Part shown: positions 11,690-26,600 of the stretch, piece after piece | Layout of the letters: each line of letters opens with the position of its first letter | Numbering within the stretch: the stretch's first letter is position 1 | From: Balanoglossus misakiensis | Taxonomy: Eukaryota > Animalia > Hemichordata | Direction of reading: 5' to 3' | Assembly (NCBI GenBank): GCA_040954595.2 | Contig: CM082576.2 | Coordinates: 15,048,928-15,112,927 of the forward strand | Length of the DNA: 64,000 nucleotides | Program-made: the position numbers and the translations under genes | The notes under the pieces: model-generated | Databases searched by the model: none | Seen by the model: the letters and a program-made list of their open reading frames with translations, nothing else | Told to the model about the DNA's origin: nothing

Positions 11690-14600
11690 TTACAACGTTT
11701 TCCTTTTACTTCGTCTGGCTTCGTCATCAGTGGCGTCTCTCTTCACTTTGATGTCAATGCTCAGTTCTTTCATCTTCTTTTCCATGAAAGCCGAGAGGCG
11801 CGTTCCGGCTTTGTATTCTTGAGAGGAGGGCTGGTTGTACTGCTCACAGTTGGCGAAGACCAGCTTGGCGTCGGCTATGATCTCGGCCGGGTTCTCGTAT
11901 TCCAGTTTGTTCATTTTGGCTCTCATGGTACGCAGGTCCATGGGTCTTTTGATCAGCACGTGGTAGTCTGGTGCCTGTGTGTTAATTGTGCGAAATCAAA
12001 TGTTATATGAAGTCATCTCTGTAATGCATGGTAATACTGTAAAACAGGAAATATTCATGCAAGATAAATTTTCGCCAACTTGGTGAGAGCGTAATGAAAT
12101 ACGAGAATGCGAAAAATAATCGTCGCGTAACAGTTGCCTCTTTTTATATTGCGAAAAAATTTCCTGTCACGAAAATTTCCTGTTCTACAGTATCCCAGTT
12201 TAGGATCTCGGGGACAAACTAACAAATACATTGGACTGGATTGAACCAATGCATGTCTGCTGTATCATAGAATAAAACTGTTACACAGATACCAAATCTG
12301 TCCTTCCGTGTGCAAATGCATTACACTTTACAGGTCTTTGATTGTTCATAAAGAGTAACTTACCAACTTTTTGCTGACTGGCTGCAGAAATGGCCACGCA
12401 TCCTTGTGTTTGGTGAGATCTCCTAGAAGCTGTTCACAGGATTTCATCTGACGAGCCCATTCACTCCCCCGGGACGACCTGCCAACTTTGCTTCGGTGTG
12501 CAGAGTCTGATGGGGAAAGAAAACAACAAATTCATGTCAATGTCACATAAAATACAGCATAAATATATAACACATACAAAATGAAACGAGTCCAAGCATG
12601 CGTGAATAATTACTGCCTGGGGCCATATTGGATTGTATTGCAAATACAAGCGTATGTCCACATATGTATGTCTTGTTTGAAAGAATTGGTTCAAGTATGT
12701 CTTGTCTGACAAATGGTAGTGGACATGAAAAATTTCATTACAAAATGTACACATGACTCTAAACAAACAGGTGTACACACTCACTCAGCCAGGATGAGCC
12801 CAATGCATTAGCACCTCTGGATAATATCCATGGAGATGCAAGAGAATATCACTTTGAAGACCTCTCAGCTGAAAATAATTTTTCTAGATCCATACATTGT
12901 TTTCTTATCAAAAATTAAATACAAACCTTCTGATGAATCTCTCCTGGCTTTCTTGCTTTGACTTCTTGACAGCGGTGGAGACAGAGAACCGTCTGACGCT
13001 GTTTGACTTTGACTTTGACTTCTCTTGGTTGCTCTGGTCGTTCTCTCTCGGCCTCTACTTTGTCTGTCACTAGTTTTGCTGGCGACGGATGCTTTCTCAG
13101 TCGGCTTTGATTTGGGAGTGTTCCTGGTTGACCGACTACTTCCACGGGGGGACATTCTTGTTTCTTCTTGTTCAGAATCTGCAATTTGTTTGGAAGTCTT
13201 GGATCTGGACGACGATGATGGCCTCTCTTGGCTGCGGTTTCGCGTCTTACTGCTACTGCTCACCGAACTTGGAGTCGACCGCCCAGATTTGGTTTTGGAT
13301 AGTCCTGAAATTAAAACAAAACGTAATAAAGTTTACACGTGCAATGTACATGAAAGCTATGGGATAAGTAAACTCACCAAAATCCATATTTACATCAGAA
13401 CTTTCTAGAGTTTCCAGAAGTATACTTTTCCAGGTTGGGGGGGGGGGGGAGATTTCCCTTCAGTGTCATACAGATCAGACACCATGAAGAAAGACTCAAC
13501 TTTCTTACAATCAACTCTGAACTCCTCATAGCAATTAAGTTCCTATATTCAAATTCCTTACAATATTTTGCCTTGGCTAACCCAAAATGTGTATTCGTCA
13601 CAAACACAAGAGACATAATTACCTTTTACTTTGATGCTAGCTTTCTTCGGGGCCTGCTGCTCTGTGCACACCTGGCAAACCCATTGCCCAGATGGTATTT
13701 TCTTCATGGGCGGAGATGCACATCTCAGGTGATATGCTAATGGGCAGTTGTCACAGAGAATAAGTTGGCCTTCGCAACCACACTTTGCGCACACGTCAAT
13801 GTGACTGTCCTCCTCGTCTTTATCACTTTCTTCACTGGCTGATGAACTGCAATTGACAGGAATACCATATGAAATCAAGAGCACCAACTTTGGAATTTTG
13901 AATCGTAGCACTTCACAACCTGAAGGCTGCATGAAAATGTGTTGACATCGTCCAAATACCAAGTTGGTTTCAGACATGCAAAATTCATAGCAACGTGGTG
14001 ACTCGGCGGCCGTACTGGATCATATCGCAAAACAAACTGACAAGCATAAATATACCGTATCACATTGTTTTTATACAAGGTGGAATGAAATCAGTTGAAG
14101 CATGTTCAGATGGGTGCACAGACGAACAGAGGTTTGGTCATATTATTGTATAGATGGAATAAATCATTGTACCTGGCATCAGAATCTGATTCCTCCTCCT
14201 CCTCGTCATCATCTTCATCAGAATCGCTCTCGTCCGCATCTTCTTCATCAGATTCTGATTCCTCATCGTCTTCAGATTCCTCTTCATCTTCAGATTCCTC
14301 ACTTTCATCCAAGACCGACTTCCTTCTCCTTCTCTGACTCTGTCTAGCTTGTTTTGGTTTGCAATCAACGCAGAACCAGTCACCGGCCGGGATCACCTGA
14401 AATTCACATCAATATGTAATGAATAATGACTGTTTATACATTGTTTTCCAAATACTGCTATATGGCTGTAGATAATATACTCAATGTCAAATAAAGAATA
14501 ATTCAATTTTCAAGATGTATAAATTGCTGACCTGACAAATCACCTAGATATAATTTTTTAAAAGTTAAATTTCAAACTTCTCAAAACAACAGTTAAGCTT

Positions 14601-17600
14601 TCTGTCAACAACAACAACTTGAACAACAAAAATGGGATAAAACTTTAGATCTATTCTTTGTGAAAGAGTTTTTCTGAGAAAGGCTTGGTATGGTTATGAA
14701 AAAAACTCTTTAGCTATAAACCCAGCCTCCTACCCCTATAAACTAGACAGAGACCATAAAATATCACTGGATGTAGAATTAACCCTAACTTCTTTAATAT
14801 TCCCGAACTGTAATAACTTGTAGTGTACAAGTTGCTGGATGGTAAATTTTACCTTGACTTGAGGTTTCAGACAGTACATATGATGTCCCCTGTCACAGCC
14901 ATCACACAGGAGCATACGCTCAGCGTCCCCTTTGCGGCGACAAATTCTACAGCGAGCGTTGAGAATGGACTTTGACCACATCACGGATGCTTCCAACGTT
15001 GCCATGTGCAGGAAGACTTGCGGCAGACTGGTTGAGGACATCAGAGATTCTTCCCAACGTTCAAACACTCTCTTCTCTGGCTTGGATGGTTCTCTTTCTT
15101 CATCTGGAAAGTATTTTTTTTTAGAATTGTTACAAACAATGACACCAGCAGAGTACACACGGACCTATGGGGGAGACTTCATCATTGAAGGGGGGGGGGG
15201 GGGGGGGGGGGGGTTCAGAAAAATGCAAGTCCATGAAAAGTTTTCATTCCTCTCCTTTACTGAAGTTTGTAAAAAACCACTGAACCATTGAATAAAGTTT
15301 CTGTGATAAAATTTCATATTTTGAGGAGTACCCATCATAAAGTCAAAACAAAGTCGGCACAAATTGTGGAAACATACACCTAGTATATAAAGAGTTATTT
15401 AGTCTACATGTAACTCCAGCACCCAGAAATGGTTTCCAAGGTGATGGATCTCAATTCAGAAATTGACAAACCTGATGATGACTCATCTTCATTGCTGTCG
15501 TCATCTTCTCCCTCTTTTTTCTTTTGCTCTTTCCTGGCGGCCATCATTGCTTGAAACTGTCTCATTGCCGCTTCTTGTGAAGCTCTCTGCTTGGCTTTCT
15601 TTGATGTCTCATCTTCACCTGCAATCACAAAAATTCGGCTTCATAAACACAAGGGTGAATCACAGAAATTTCTAGAGTTCACTGGATTCTGGCTATCTTA
15701 AATAGGTTTTTATGCTAGGGGTCAAATCACATTATAATAATCGCATTCTGGGCCAAAGGTTGACAACTCACTGTAAATGTAGTAAGTTTGAAGAAATAAT
15801 ATGTAAAATGCATTTCATTAACTAACTTCGGGCAAAAATTTCTGTCTTTGTAGTTAGCATATTAAACTCACTAAACTTTTTTCACATTTTGTGATTTTTT
15901 TCTGTTCAAAGTTCTAGAATGCTCAAATATCACTTTTGCTTATGAACATCCATTTCTCAAACATGGCAAAAATCGGCCATCTTGAAATTGTGTCGACCAT
16001 ATAAAATTTTCATCACTCATTGAGTTTCCAAAATTCACTCATAAAAACAAACTGGTGTTTCAGATAGGTAGGAAGGGAGGGGTGGGAAGAGAGAGGGTGA
16101 TGGAGACCGTAAATTTTAAGCAAAATCTTGATTCTATCTGAAGAAATGTAAAATTCTGAGAGACATTTTGGTCCCCAAAAATAACCTCCTCTACCATCTT
16201 CCCATAATTGATAGCACTTACCAAGTGGTGGTTTCAAATACTTGGGTTCCACACCCTGTCCAATTTGCAGTACAGCACAAGCTAAATCTCGCACAACTTG
16301 ATCGATTGGATTGGGTGTACTACATCTTGTTGATCCACTACTCGACCCAAGTGGTGTTTCAGATCTCTTCAATTCAGATACCCTTTGTGAAAACAAAAAC
16401 ATTTTGTTATTTATCAAGATGGAAAGAGTGCAATGACACTGTATCTCTCACAGTTGGATGTCCATTGGTGTTTACTGTGTAGACATTAAACATGCCATTA
16501 TTCATAAATGTATCCCTATCTACAGAACAAAAGTCTCACTACCTGCAAACCCTATTGCTTTCACCCACATACGCTTATGTGGGGGAACCGGTTTGGATAA
16601 TACATTGTAGACATCCAGCAACAGCAGAAGCCTAGTTTCATCTTTAAATTGGATAAGCTGGACCTGCTTGACTTTGTGTACAATTTTTTACAGGCAGGCC
16701 AAAGGAAATAAAACACCACCATTATTTTCCATACATTGTCTATTTGCTTTTAGATATCATAAGTTAGACTGACAATCTGCCCACTGTATCAAGCCAGACA
16801 CAATGATGCATTCTGCATTTACACAATCATTCACTTTATGCATTACCTGTCTTTATGTTTCACAGGCAGAGTCTGTTGTTCACCTCCCACAGACACATCG
16901 TTGATACACATGTCCATTGCTTCATCAGCCATGTCCTTGTCATCCAGTTTGTGTCTCTGCCACCACGGCCCCCAGCTGATCTCTTTGCACTGCATGTCAA
17001 AACTTCCATTCTCAATAGCTTTGATCCACATGCCTCTGTCTTCAGCCTGTAGACATTTCACATTGCATGCATCAGATGCCATGTATGAACAAAGCCACTC
17101 AGTTTAATTAAAAGGCCGACAATTTTCTTAATCCGCATGTGCGTAACTCCGTGTGTACAAACATCATGTCCAATCCAAATGTTCTGTAAATTTTGTGTTT
17201 TACACGTTCAGATAGTGGACTGCCTTCGCTTCCTTCCATATTTCATGCGCACAGTAGAAGTACATGTAGACTTTAGTTTTGTCCTTTTTTTCACCCAATT
17301 TGCTGTCTTTTCCCAATCTCTGACACAAACTCACAAACTATCGCCACCACCATCTTGTCTGTTGTTACGATAGCACACTGCCTTACATGTAGAGCATTGA
17401 CTTTATACAATTTTTGTAACCAGAGTTTCTGGTTTCGCACGTGCGCATAAGACAATCGTTGCCCTTTACAATAATCTCTGTGACAGATCTACTCTTCAGA
17501 TTGTTGAGCTGGAAAGACCCTTAAGTCCTCAAGCTCATTTTTGTCTATGACAGGAACTCTATCGGATTATAAATTTTGAGGTGGCTGTAAATATTATTGA

Positions 17601-20600
17601 GGCTTTTTAAATGTAAAACTACAGAATCCCACATTAAAACTTGATGCAACAGTAATTCTTGCCAAAGAAAACAAAATCAGAAAAAAAATTCAGAAATATC
17701 TGAGATATCTAAATACCTTGACATATCCTAAAGATCCTGTGTATATGCGTTCTTCCAGATCCAGTATCTGTTCACGTAAAGTTAATTCCAGAGTTTCTGA
17801 GCCAGGTGACGAATCCAAGTGTCCATCGGACACTAATCCAGTTTTATTCCCACCCAGTTTCACCATCACCTGCTTTGGTTTGTCCGGCTTATAGTCGGCT
17901 GACTCCGGTTCAGATTTGCTCTGATGCAACAATTCCAGCGGGCATTCTCTCACAGAGTCTACGAGTCCTTGTTTGTCTTGCAAGATGGCCTCCTTGAGGG
18001 CGCCTTCGCGGCAACCTCTGGGGTTCAGCGTGTTCGTCAGCCTTTCGATGTCCTCCGTGGTCTTGAAGAATGCCCAGGTGTAGTGTTCCCTCGTCAACAT
18101 GCAAGGGTCGTAATTTTCAAAGTTAGTTTTGGAGTCTGTTTGCTCTGTTATGGCAGACTGACTGGCGCCGTTGTTCTCGTTGAGAACAGTCTTGGCCTCG
18201 TGGCCGTTCCCACCATCGTCCTGCATCTCCACGTCATTGTCCAGATTTTCTTTATTGCTGGCCGTGGACGTGTCGCAGTCGATGCTGTCGTCGGCTTTGC
18301 TGTTATCGCCGACGCCGGTTTTGTTTCCCTGAGTAGAGTTATAAGGTAGAAATGGATTGGACTCCAAGTTCTGAGGTACGGGCACCAGGTCGGATTTGTC
18401 CAAGTATTCCATGTCGTATTCCACGAACAATCCGGGAATGCTGCGGAATCTCCAGAAGCGCCGATAACTCCTATCCAGACCCACTGGGGTCAGACTGTAC
18501 TTGCTGCACATGTCAATCATCTGTTCGTGCAGCTCTCTGTCTTTCTTCCGGAATTCTTCCTTCTTCCGGGCCTCCTCCGCTTGTTGTTTCCGCCGTAACT
18601 CTTGTTTTTCTTCCTGACTCGCATTCTCACTATGTTCCTGACTTTCTTCCGTTTCCATTTTCTCGGGATCAGTTTCTTTATCCATCTTCCTCGTTTTTCG
18701 CCTTGGCAACTCATCTTCCTCGTCGCTCTCTTCATTTTTCCTCTTGGACGATTCCTCTGCATTCCTGTTTAAGAAAAACGAATATGAGTCCAGTTTCTAA
18801 TCGGGCTGCTATAAGTGGATGGTAAATGAAAGATACATAACAGCTATTATACTGTTCAAGATATCCACAATCAATGTGTGAGCACTGAGTCTTCTTGAGA
18901 CTAAATCCAAAGTATTGGACTAATATTCACTTGAAAATTTCACTTACTTTTCACCAACTTTTGATCCCTTCTCGTGCTCATCTTTTCGTAGCCTTTCTTC
19001 TTTTTCTTTCTGCTTCTGAAGTTTTCGTTCTTTTTCTTTCTCCTTTTCTTTGGCCCGTTCTTCTAGTCTTTGTTTGTACCTGTTGGAGTTGAAACATTTT
19101 TTGTGAGTCCTCTGACGCTCTCCAAAAATGACTGATTACAGATTCTTAACTGTAAAGCTCATCTACCAGCTTGAACATTAACCTAAACGCTGCTAAGTCG
19201 GTTAAAACTGGTTTGATTTCCAGGGTGCCTAGAATCCTGGCTCCCAGGCCCGTTAGACTGCCAAGTGTGTGTTAATCAGTAGGGCCTATACAAGACTCTC
19301 AGACCAATACAGTGCAAACCAGTGCGATTTGGTACATTTTACAGGGGGCTCAGACTGCCAAGTGTGTCTAAGTACAAATGAGAGCCATTTCAAGACGGTC
19401 AAAATATGTTTTAGAAGAAAAAGTGGCAAAACTTATTCTGACCTTGCAGAAGCCTCCTCCCTTTCTCGTTTCTGTTCCATTGCTTGGTTTTCCTTCCATT
19501 CTTTTCTTAAAGCTCTCCACTTGTCAAAGTTATCTTCAATGAAATCTCTAGAAGTCACATACGTCATCAGCTGACCACAAAGTGCTGTCAAAATCTTTAA
19601 TTTCTCAGCTGTAAACAAAAATACGGAACATATTACTAAGTTACTCTCGTCCAAGAGGAATTAAACGGCCATGTTGGAAAGTAGACTGGAAAATCCGTCG
19701 CTAGAGGGCGCTCACTGTGCTGCCCATCTTATGTCACAGAGAGATGGAAAGAATACAGTCACACATAAGAACAAATGTGAAAGAAGCAAATATTAGAAAT
19801 TCCGACATACCACTGGTGAGATCATAGATGTTTCCTGTTGTGAGAGTTCTGAGAATTCCTGCTTCGCGCATGCGGAATTCCAAGCCCGCGTCGTCTAGGG
19901 GGGTGTAACCACCTCTTTGCTGGTAACGATATTTGGCATCAGCCGAGTTGGTTTTCGCGCCAGATGCCAGGAAATGCAGTCGGAGCACTTCAGAAATGGA
20001 GTAAGAGTCTAGAGGTAGCTGTCTCATTGTTGTGCCTGTGTGTAGAAGGAATGCATGTCATCTACATTTGTAAACACATCTGTACATCACAAAACACCCA
20101 CGTTTAATTCCCTTGGTTCAGTCCAAACCCATTGTCTTCTACGCTAAGGTTGGACCTCTAAAGAGGAAACTGGGGTGAAAGGGTTAACATTTTTCAATGG
20201 CAGGTGGTGACATTTCTTACCTTGATGCAACTGCGGCCATGCTGCAGCCACGGTTGCTGCTGTTGTTACTGCAGTAAATGTAGAATCCATGTCTTCATCA
20301 AGAGCTTCTATCAAATCTGGTGCTATGAGAACAGACAAAAACATTTACGTCAGTACAAATTTACCCCAAAAATATAAAACAGAAACCACTGTGCTACATC
20401 TCATCTGTAGTCTGTGCTATGTTTGGTCAAATTATTGATTTAGTCTCATTGGATTTTCTCATGCACTCTAAACTCTATAGTGTATCAAACATGGAACTCT
20501 CATCAAACCTGAAATGTCAGCGAGATAAACACATGTGCTTCAAGAAAAAAATATCATCAATAAGACCTGGCTGACATTTGTTTGCTTACCTGTTGCTAAA

Positions 20601-23600
20601 TCGACTCCTTGTTCCTTCAAATCAATCTTCTCGTCCTCTTCCTCTTCTTGTTGCATTGTGAAGATGGCAGACAAGAAAAACTTGACCAGTTCATACAATG
20701 CTCCTTCAATCTCGATCTCAGTCAGGGCTCTCTCTACGTACTCTAAATTGAAATGGAGAAAAATGATAACATGCCATGAAAACAGGAATCTTTCTAGTGT
20801 TGTTTTCAATGAGTGGCTGTGGTCAGTGTTCTCCCCAGAGCAATTAAACGCATGGTGGCCACCACTCTTTAATTTTGAGAAGACAATAGAACTTAATTAA
20901 CATAACAATTGATTATATTGTTATGTAAATTAGCTGCAACACTTTCCCAAAATCCTGGGGAGAACACTGGGTCATGTACAACGTTCAGAATCTCGTCAAC
21001 GATACTGTAGCAGTTGATGATCGTGGCTGTAAGATGTGGTGACAAAAGTACTGTGTCGCAAAATGCTTATGAAGCACATGGCTTTGCAATTTGCTGTACT
21101 ACATATTTTTCATAACAATTCTGGAGGAATCAAATGACAGGCTGATTCTTTGACACCACCTTAAAACTGAAAAAATATTTTTTTTGTTTATGAAGTCAAA
21201 ATTCTTACCTAGAGTGATACCATCTGGAAAACTATCCTTAGTTCCGAGTAAGTCGGCAAAGACGTACAAGAATTCTAAAATCATGACCACATCACCGAAC
21301 AACTCATTTGGTAATTTGGTCTGAACTGGTATAGGGGTTGGTAACTCCTGAAAAAGATGATAATTAAATGTTTCTACATGAGATGACATAAAATTTGTCA
21401 GGTAAAAGTGATTACTCTGAATAACATCTTAAATGAGAATGTACATCTAGTGGTAGATATGCTAATCATTTGATTATAATCGTTAACTTGAAACAAGGGG
21501 ACAATTGTCCATCTCTGTAATGTTCGATTGATTTTAAAAAAAAATATACACTCGTTTCTTGCGTCAAATATTTGCTAATGCTACACAAACTTTACAGGAC
21601 TACATCTGCAATAAACAATTACACCAATATGATACATTTCCTTTTCATAGTGTATTTCGTGATGAAGTTTGATCCCAAGTTGAGATGACACTGCCAATTT
21701 TCTTACCTTGAGATCATCGCATTCCAGATCATCTCTGATTTTGCTCCATTCTTTCAAATGTTCTTCTCTAACTCGTCGTTCTTCTTTCTTCTTCTCTTTT
21801 TCCTGTTAACCAATAAAATACATCTATTTTGCTTTTTGTGCCAAAATGCGCAACTTGCTAAAGATACAACACTATGACTGCATTAAAAGACATCAAGCAA
21901 TTTTACAAAAAAATTATTGCTAATTTGCACATGTTTCTCTGTCACTCTTTTTTTCTCAAAAATGTGAGAAAATTCAGTACACAGCTAGTTAGATTTTAAC
22001 ATGAGATCAGATTTTAGAAACACCCCAATTTTAACCGATCTTCAACTGCTGAAAGGGGTGGATGGGAGTTAAAATGGAATGAATTTAAAATATATAAAAC
22101 AGACACCTCTGTAAACAAGAGAATTATTTGGTGCCTGGCATGTCTTTCTTACCACTTCTCGCTCCAGTTTCTTTTTAATTCTCTCTTCTTCTTTTTCTTT
22201 TCGAATTTTTTCCCTCATTTCCGCCTTCTCCACTGCCAGCTTCTCTCGGATGGCATTTCTTTCTTTGGCTTTTTCCTCTTTCACAGCAGCTTTCATTGCA
22301 GCTTTTTCCAAGACGAGTTTTTCCTTCAGGGCTGCCTTCTCTTCCGGTGTTAGTTTCATTTTCTCAAAATTTTCTTTGCCTGTTCACATGAAGTACAATG
22401 TACAATAAAAACCTAGTAGTAAGTAAATTAATTTGACAGGAATGATTTCATCACTGCAACTGAAAATATTCAGCCAAAGTAAACAGATAAACTAAAACAA
22501 CGCCCAACAACCCATATTGGACCACATCTTGAAACAATTAATGGGTGTACGGAAAAATTATAAAGTCAAAAGTAAACAAAAAGCTATTTTAGGATTTGCA
22601 TCTAACCTTCTTTTTTCTTCTTCTTCTTTTTCTCCTCTCCATCTTCTTTATCTTTCTTCTTCTTTTTCTTGTCTGCTTTCGTGACTGGAACAATTTTCGT
22701 CCTCTTTATCTTTTTGGTTGGAGAATTAGCGAAGTTTGGAAGTGGCCCCGCGAAGAAGTCGTCGAAGTTCCTCTCATCCAGCTGGTACTTCTTGACAAAT
22801 CTTGGCTGTCAAGATGTTGAGAAATGCACACAATGTAACATCTTTTTCAATATTGGATCCTCACACACCAATACCAAAACAGATTGTTCTTAAATACATA
22901 TTTAAGCTTTACTTTTTATAGCTGTATCAAAAGCTTGACCACAGCATACATTACAATGTGGCATGTCAATAATATACAGTTTAGTCACGCAACAGCCATA
23001 CAAGAGAAATGCGAGTAGAATCTGCAATACGCACACAAGGTGCTAGAATAGCAGGCTCCAACAACCACAGAGCTGATTTCATGAATGATACAAGTAACCA
23101 GTTAACTAACCTTGACTCGCCAGAATTCCTTCACAATCTCCGAGTGCTGTTTAACAAACAGTTTATTTTTCTCTCTGGTGTAAAGACCTTTCTTGCGACT
23201 GTAAAAGAATTAAAAATCCAAAGGAAAAGAATAAATTGTAAATCAATTCATTGTAAATTGTGTCATTTTCACAAATTAAAAGCATTAATGAAAGAAAAAT
23301 GGGGCATCACACATGACTCTATCATCAATTTTCTTTTCTGGTGATCAGCACAATTCTAAAACTGGCATCATATGTAATGTTACCAGTTCCTTCAGTTTGG
23401 AGGACATGTCTCTAATTCCATGGGAAAATGCTGTTTTCCAAACAGAGTAGTCATATTCTGAAAAGCGACAAAACTGCCTTACATATACAACTGACCTGAC
23501 ATCTGCAGCAGGTACTACCAATGGTTTCCCAACACCTTCAATGGAAATGACCTTGTATTTATACAGTTCAGCATCCAAAGTGGCAGCAGATTTGCTGGAC

Positions 23601-26600
23601 GGTGACTTGGCAGATTTACTGTCAAAAACAACACAATAATTTTTATATCACAACTTATTAAAATACACCATCATAGAGAAATGTTTACAATGCCATACAG
23701 ATGAAACTAGAGTTACGATATTCTACTGTGTACTGGACTCACCTGTGGCCAGAGTGCCCTCTAAGCCCATGATGTGACAAGCAACTGACTCAACAAACTC
23801 ACTGGTGACTCGAGAAAATTATCCACAATACATGCAAAAGTATAGGTCTGACTCAGAGAAATTTTCAGAAATCCGAAATTTGACTCAAAACTTTAAAATA
23901 TTATGTATGTTAGAGGGCATACTGTCTGCGACTCGTCCAATACGCCTCATTCACTGAGCCCTTGTCCATACAGGGCCAAATTTTGTGATTAACCCTATGC
24001 AATTCCTGAAAGAAACCACACAATATTGTAAAGGGCACTTACCTGGGACTTGGACTATTCTTGATTTTTTCATTGACATGCACGTAATTCAAAATGATGA
24101 CATCATCATCACTGTCTGACTTGTCATCTGCAGTGGGATCAGTATCTTCATCCACACCATTGGAGATTGGAGAGCCTGGGGGTATCACTTTCAGCACTCG
24201 GCAAGTTTCACTGAAATGGATGACATTTATACAAATGAATAATATAATTATAGCAAGTCACTTGCTCTGTTTGGTTTGTTGAGTTTTCCTTGGTTTGCAT
24301 ATGATTATTACTTTGTGTGGAATGGGGTATAAACAAATCTCTGTATTGACAATAATTCTCAATTGTTTATCGGCACTGATTGCAATTGATAGAATTGATT
24401 ATCATCACTTGACCACTTGTTGATCTATTACGTTCTGTCACTCAAATGGGATGGTTCACCTTTTTATATAACAATGAAAGAAATTCAGTGTAAATTGGTC
24501 ATTTTTTTTCATATGAACATTGATCACTAACATTTTCTGACTGTAATAGTTTACGTTTATATAAATGGAATTTTTTCAATACACAATATTCATTATAAAG
24601 ACCAGCCTGTTTTATGAAAATGCAAAGTGAACATAAAAATGTAGTTTATGAATTGGAAAAGGAAACCAAGCAAAACAATGAACATATATGACCCAATTTG
24701 TATTGAAACAAATGCAGGACTGTGTTGATGTGGACAGCTTTCACACCAGTAACCAAGTTACTCAAATAGGGAAGTAGCCTTGTATGGTATTTGCAGTAAA
24801 GATGCCGTTTTGTCTTCTATACTCAATGGCCAGCAAAGGTTAGTCATAAGTTTAGGGGAGTGATAACGGTTTAGGATATGCACGCAGTGTTTTCGTTAGA
24901 TTTGGGAACATTTTTAAATGAGTTGGGTAACCCTGGTAACCCTTCTGCTACCCATTAATATGACTGCATTAATATATCTAGGGTAACCCTGGTAACATTT
25001 ACCTGGGTACTACCCTTAACCAAACACATTTATGGCATGGTAGTTGGCAGACTGAAAGTGAATAACCTACTCCTCACAATTACATTCCCAGTTTTCCTTA
25101 GTGCTTTGGTGTAAAGGGAAATGCCACAGGAATAAAATTTCATTCATTTTGTAAAAAGAGGAAATCACTGAAACTACAACAATACAGTCATGTTTTTTTA
25201 TGTTTTTACTTCTCAATTTCAGTATACTACTGTAGTGTTTTGGTTAGCATCTGCATTTATACACAGGAGCTGATAATAAGGTTATCAAAGATGATTGTCT
25301 GTGGAAAGCACCTTGACAATACTGTGACATAATATAGATAGGACTCACTGAGTTCTCCCTAGAGAAATAGGCAACTCTCATGCATCCATGACCCCCCCCC
25401 CCCCCCCCCCAAGTGATATGCTGGTTTTACCCTTTTGTAAGAGAGAGACAAGTTCAAATTTGTTGTGTTCTCTTCTAGGATGAGATAAAGTGCAAAAAAT
25501 GCAAGTATGGTACACTCATACCAACAAAATGCCAGGATGTAAAAGTAACAAATTAGCATTTATTATCAAAAGCATACCATGCTCTAATCTAATTTTAGCA
25601 ACAACAAAAAATAATTAACATAATAGTTGAAGTTATTGTTATGCATATCAGCAACTGCTAGGCTATTAGAAATCCCTGGGGATAGAACTAGGACTGTAGT
25701 TAAGAGCCAATAGGGGTTTCTAACTGAAAATTTGCATATTTAACTAACTTGTGAGTCTTCTTTACTTATTTTATACACTTCGAATCCCACCACACCAAAT
25801 TGGAAAGAAATCTCTGGGGTCTCCTCATAGCATTTTAGTTTTATGCCCTGCAGCAGCGAGATTTCGAGGTTTCTAGTTTAACAAAATTCAATTTGCATAT
25901 TTAATAAACTTTTATAATCAGTGCTACATTTTCAAAACACCACCACCAAAATTGAAAGAAACTTGTTATACATACTGAGTAGATTTTAGAGATTGGAATG
26001 AGATGGAATACTCAAATGTTCACAAATATGTAAGGTCAATTTATAGGACTTTTCTTCATCACTCTATACTGATACCAGAATCCATTTCAAAAAGATACCA
26101 ACCCAAAATTTTGCTATCATATCTTGAGAATAAGCTTTAATAACTAATTATCAGTCAGTCCAATTTAACTACTCAGGGACTGAAAATATCATTTTGAGTT
26201 GTCAATGATGAAGCAAATTTTCCTCACTTCATATCAAACATCCCTACATTTCCGAAGCAATACATTTTCGCGAAATACGTGCGAACTAAATAAACATGAA
26301 AATAAAAAGTTGCGTAAAATGTTTTTCAGAGACCACGATACAGTAAATGAAATAAGAGAATGTGAAAATTAATCCTCGCGTAACAGTTGCCTCTTTTGAT
26401 ATCGCGAATATAACCCATTTTACAGTATTTTACCGCAAGCAGCATCAGTTCAACTTTAATGTCTGATTTAAAATTCTTGCAATCTTACATTTCTTTCTGT
26501 AACTAAACATTTGTATTTTTATGAATGTGATATGAGGAATAAATTGTGACTATGCCGCATATCTGATTGGATTACATATAATTTCATTACATTGTTTTAT

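Noticed and set aside
15189-15213. Long G/C homopolymers (also ~9329, ~25393, ~40942, ~55740, ~58950) producing poly-Gly/Pro ORFs
   Set aside because: Non-coding simple runs of unreliable length scattered through the window; the ORFs spanning them have no coding signature.
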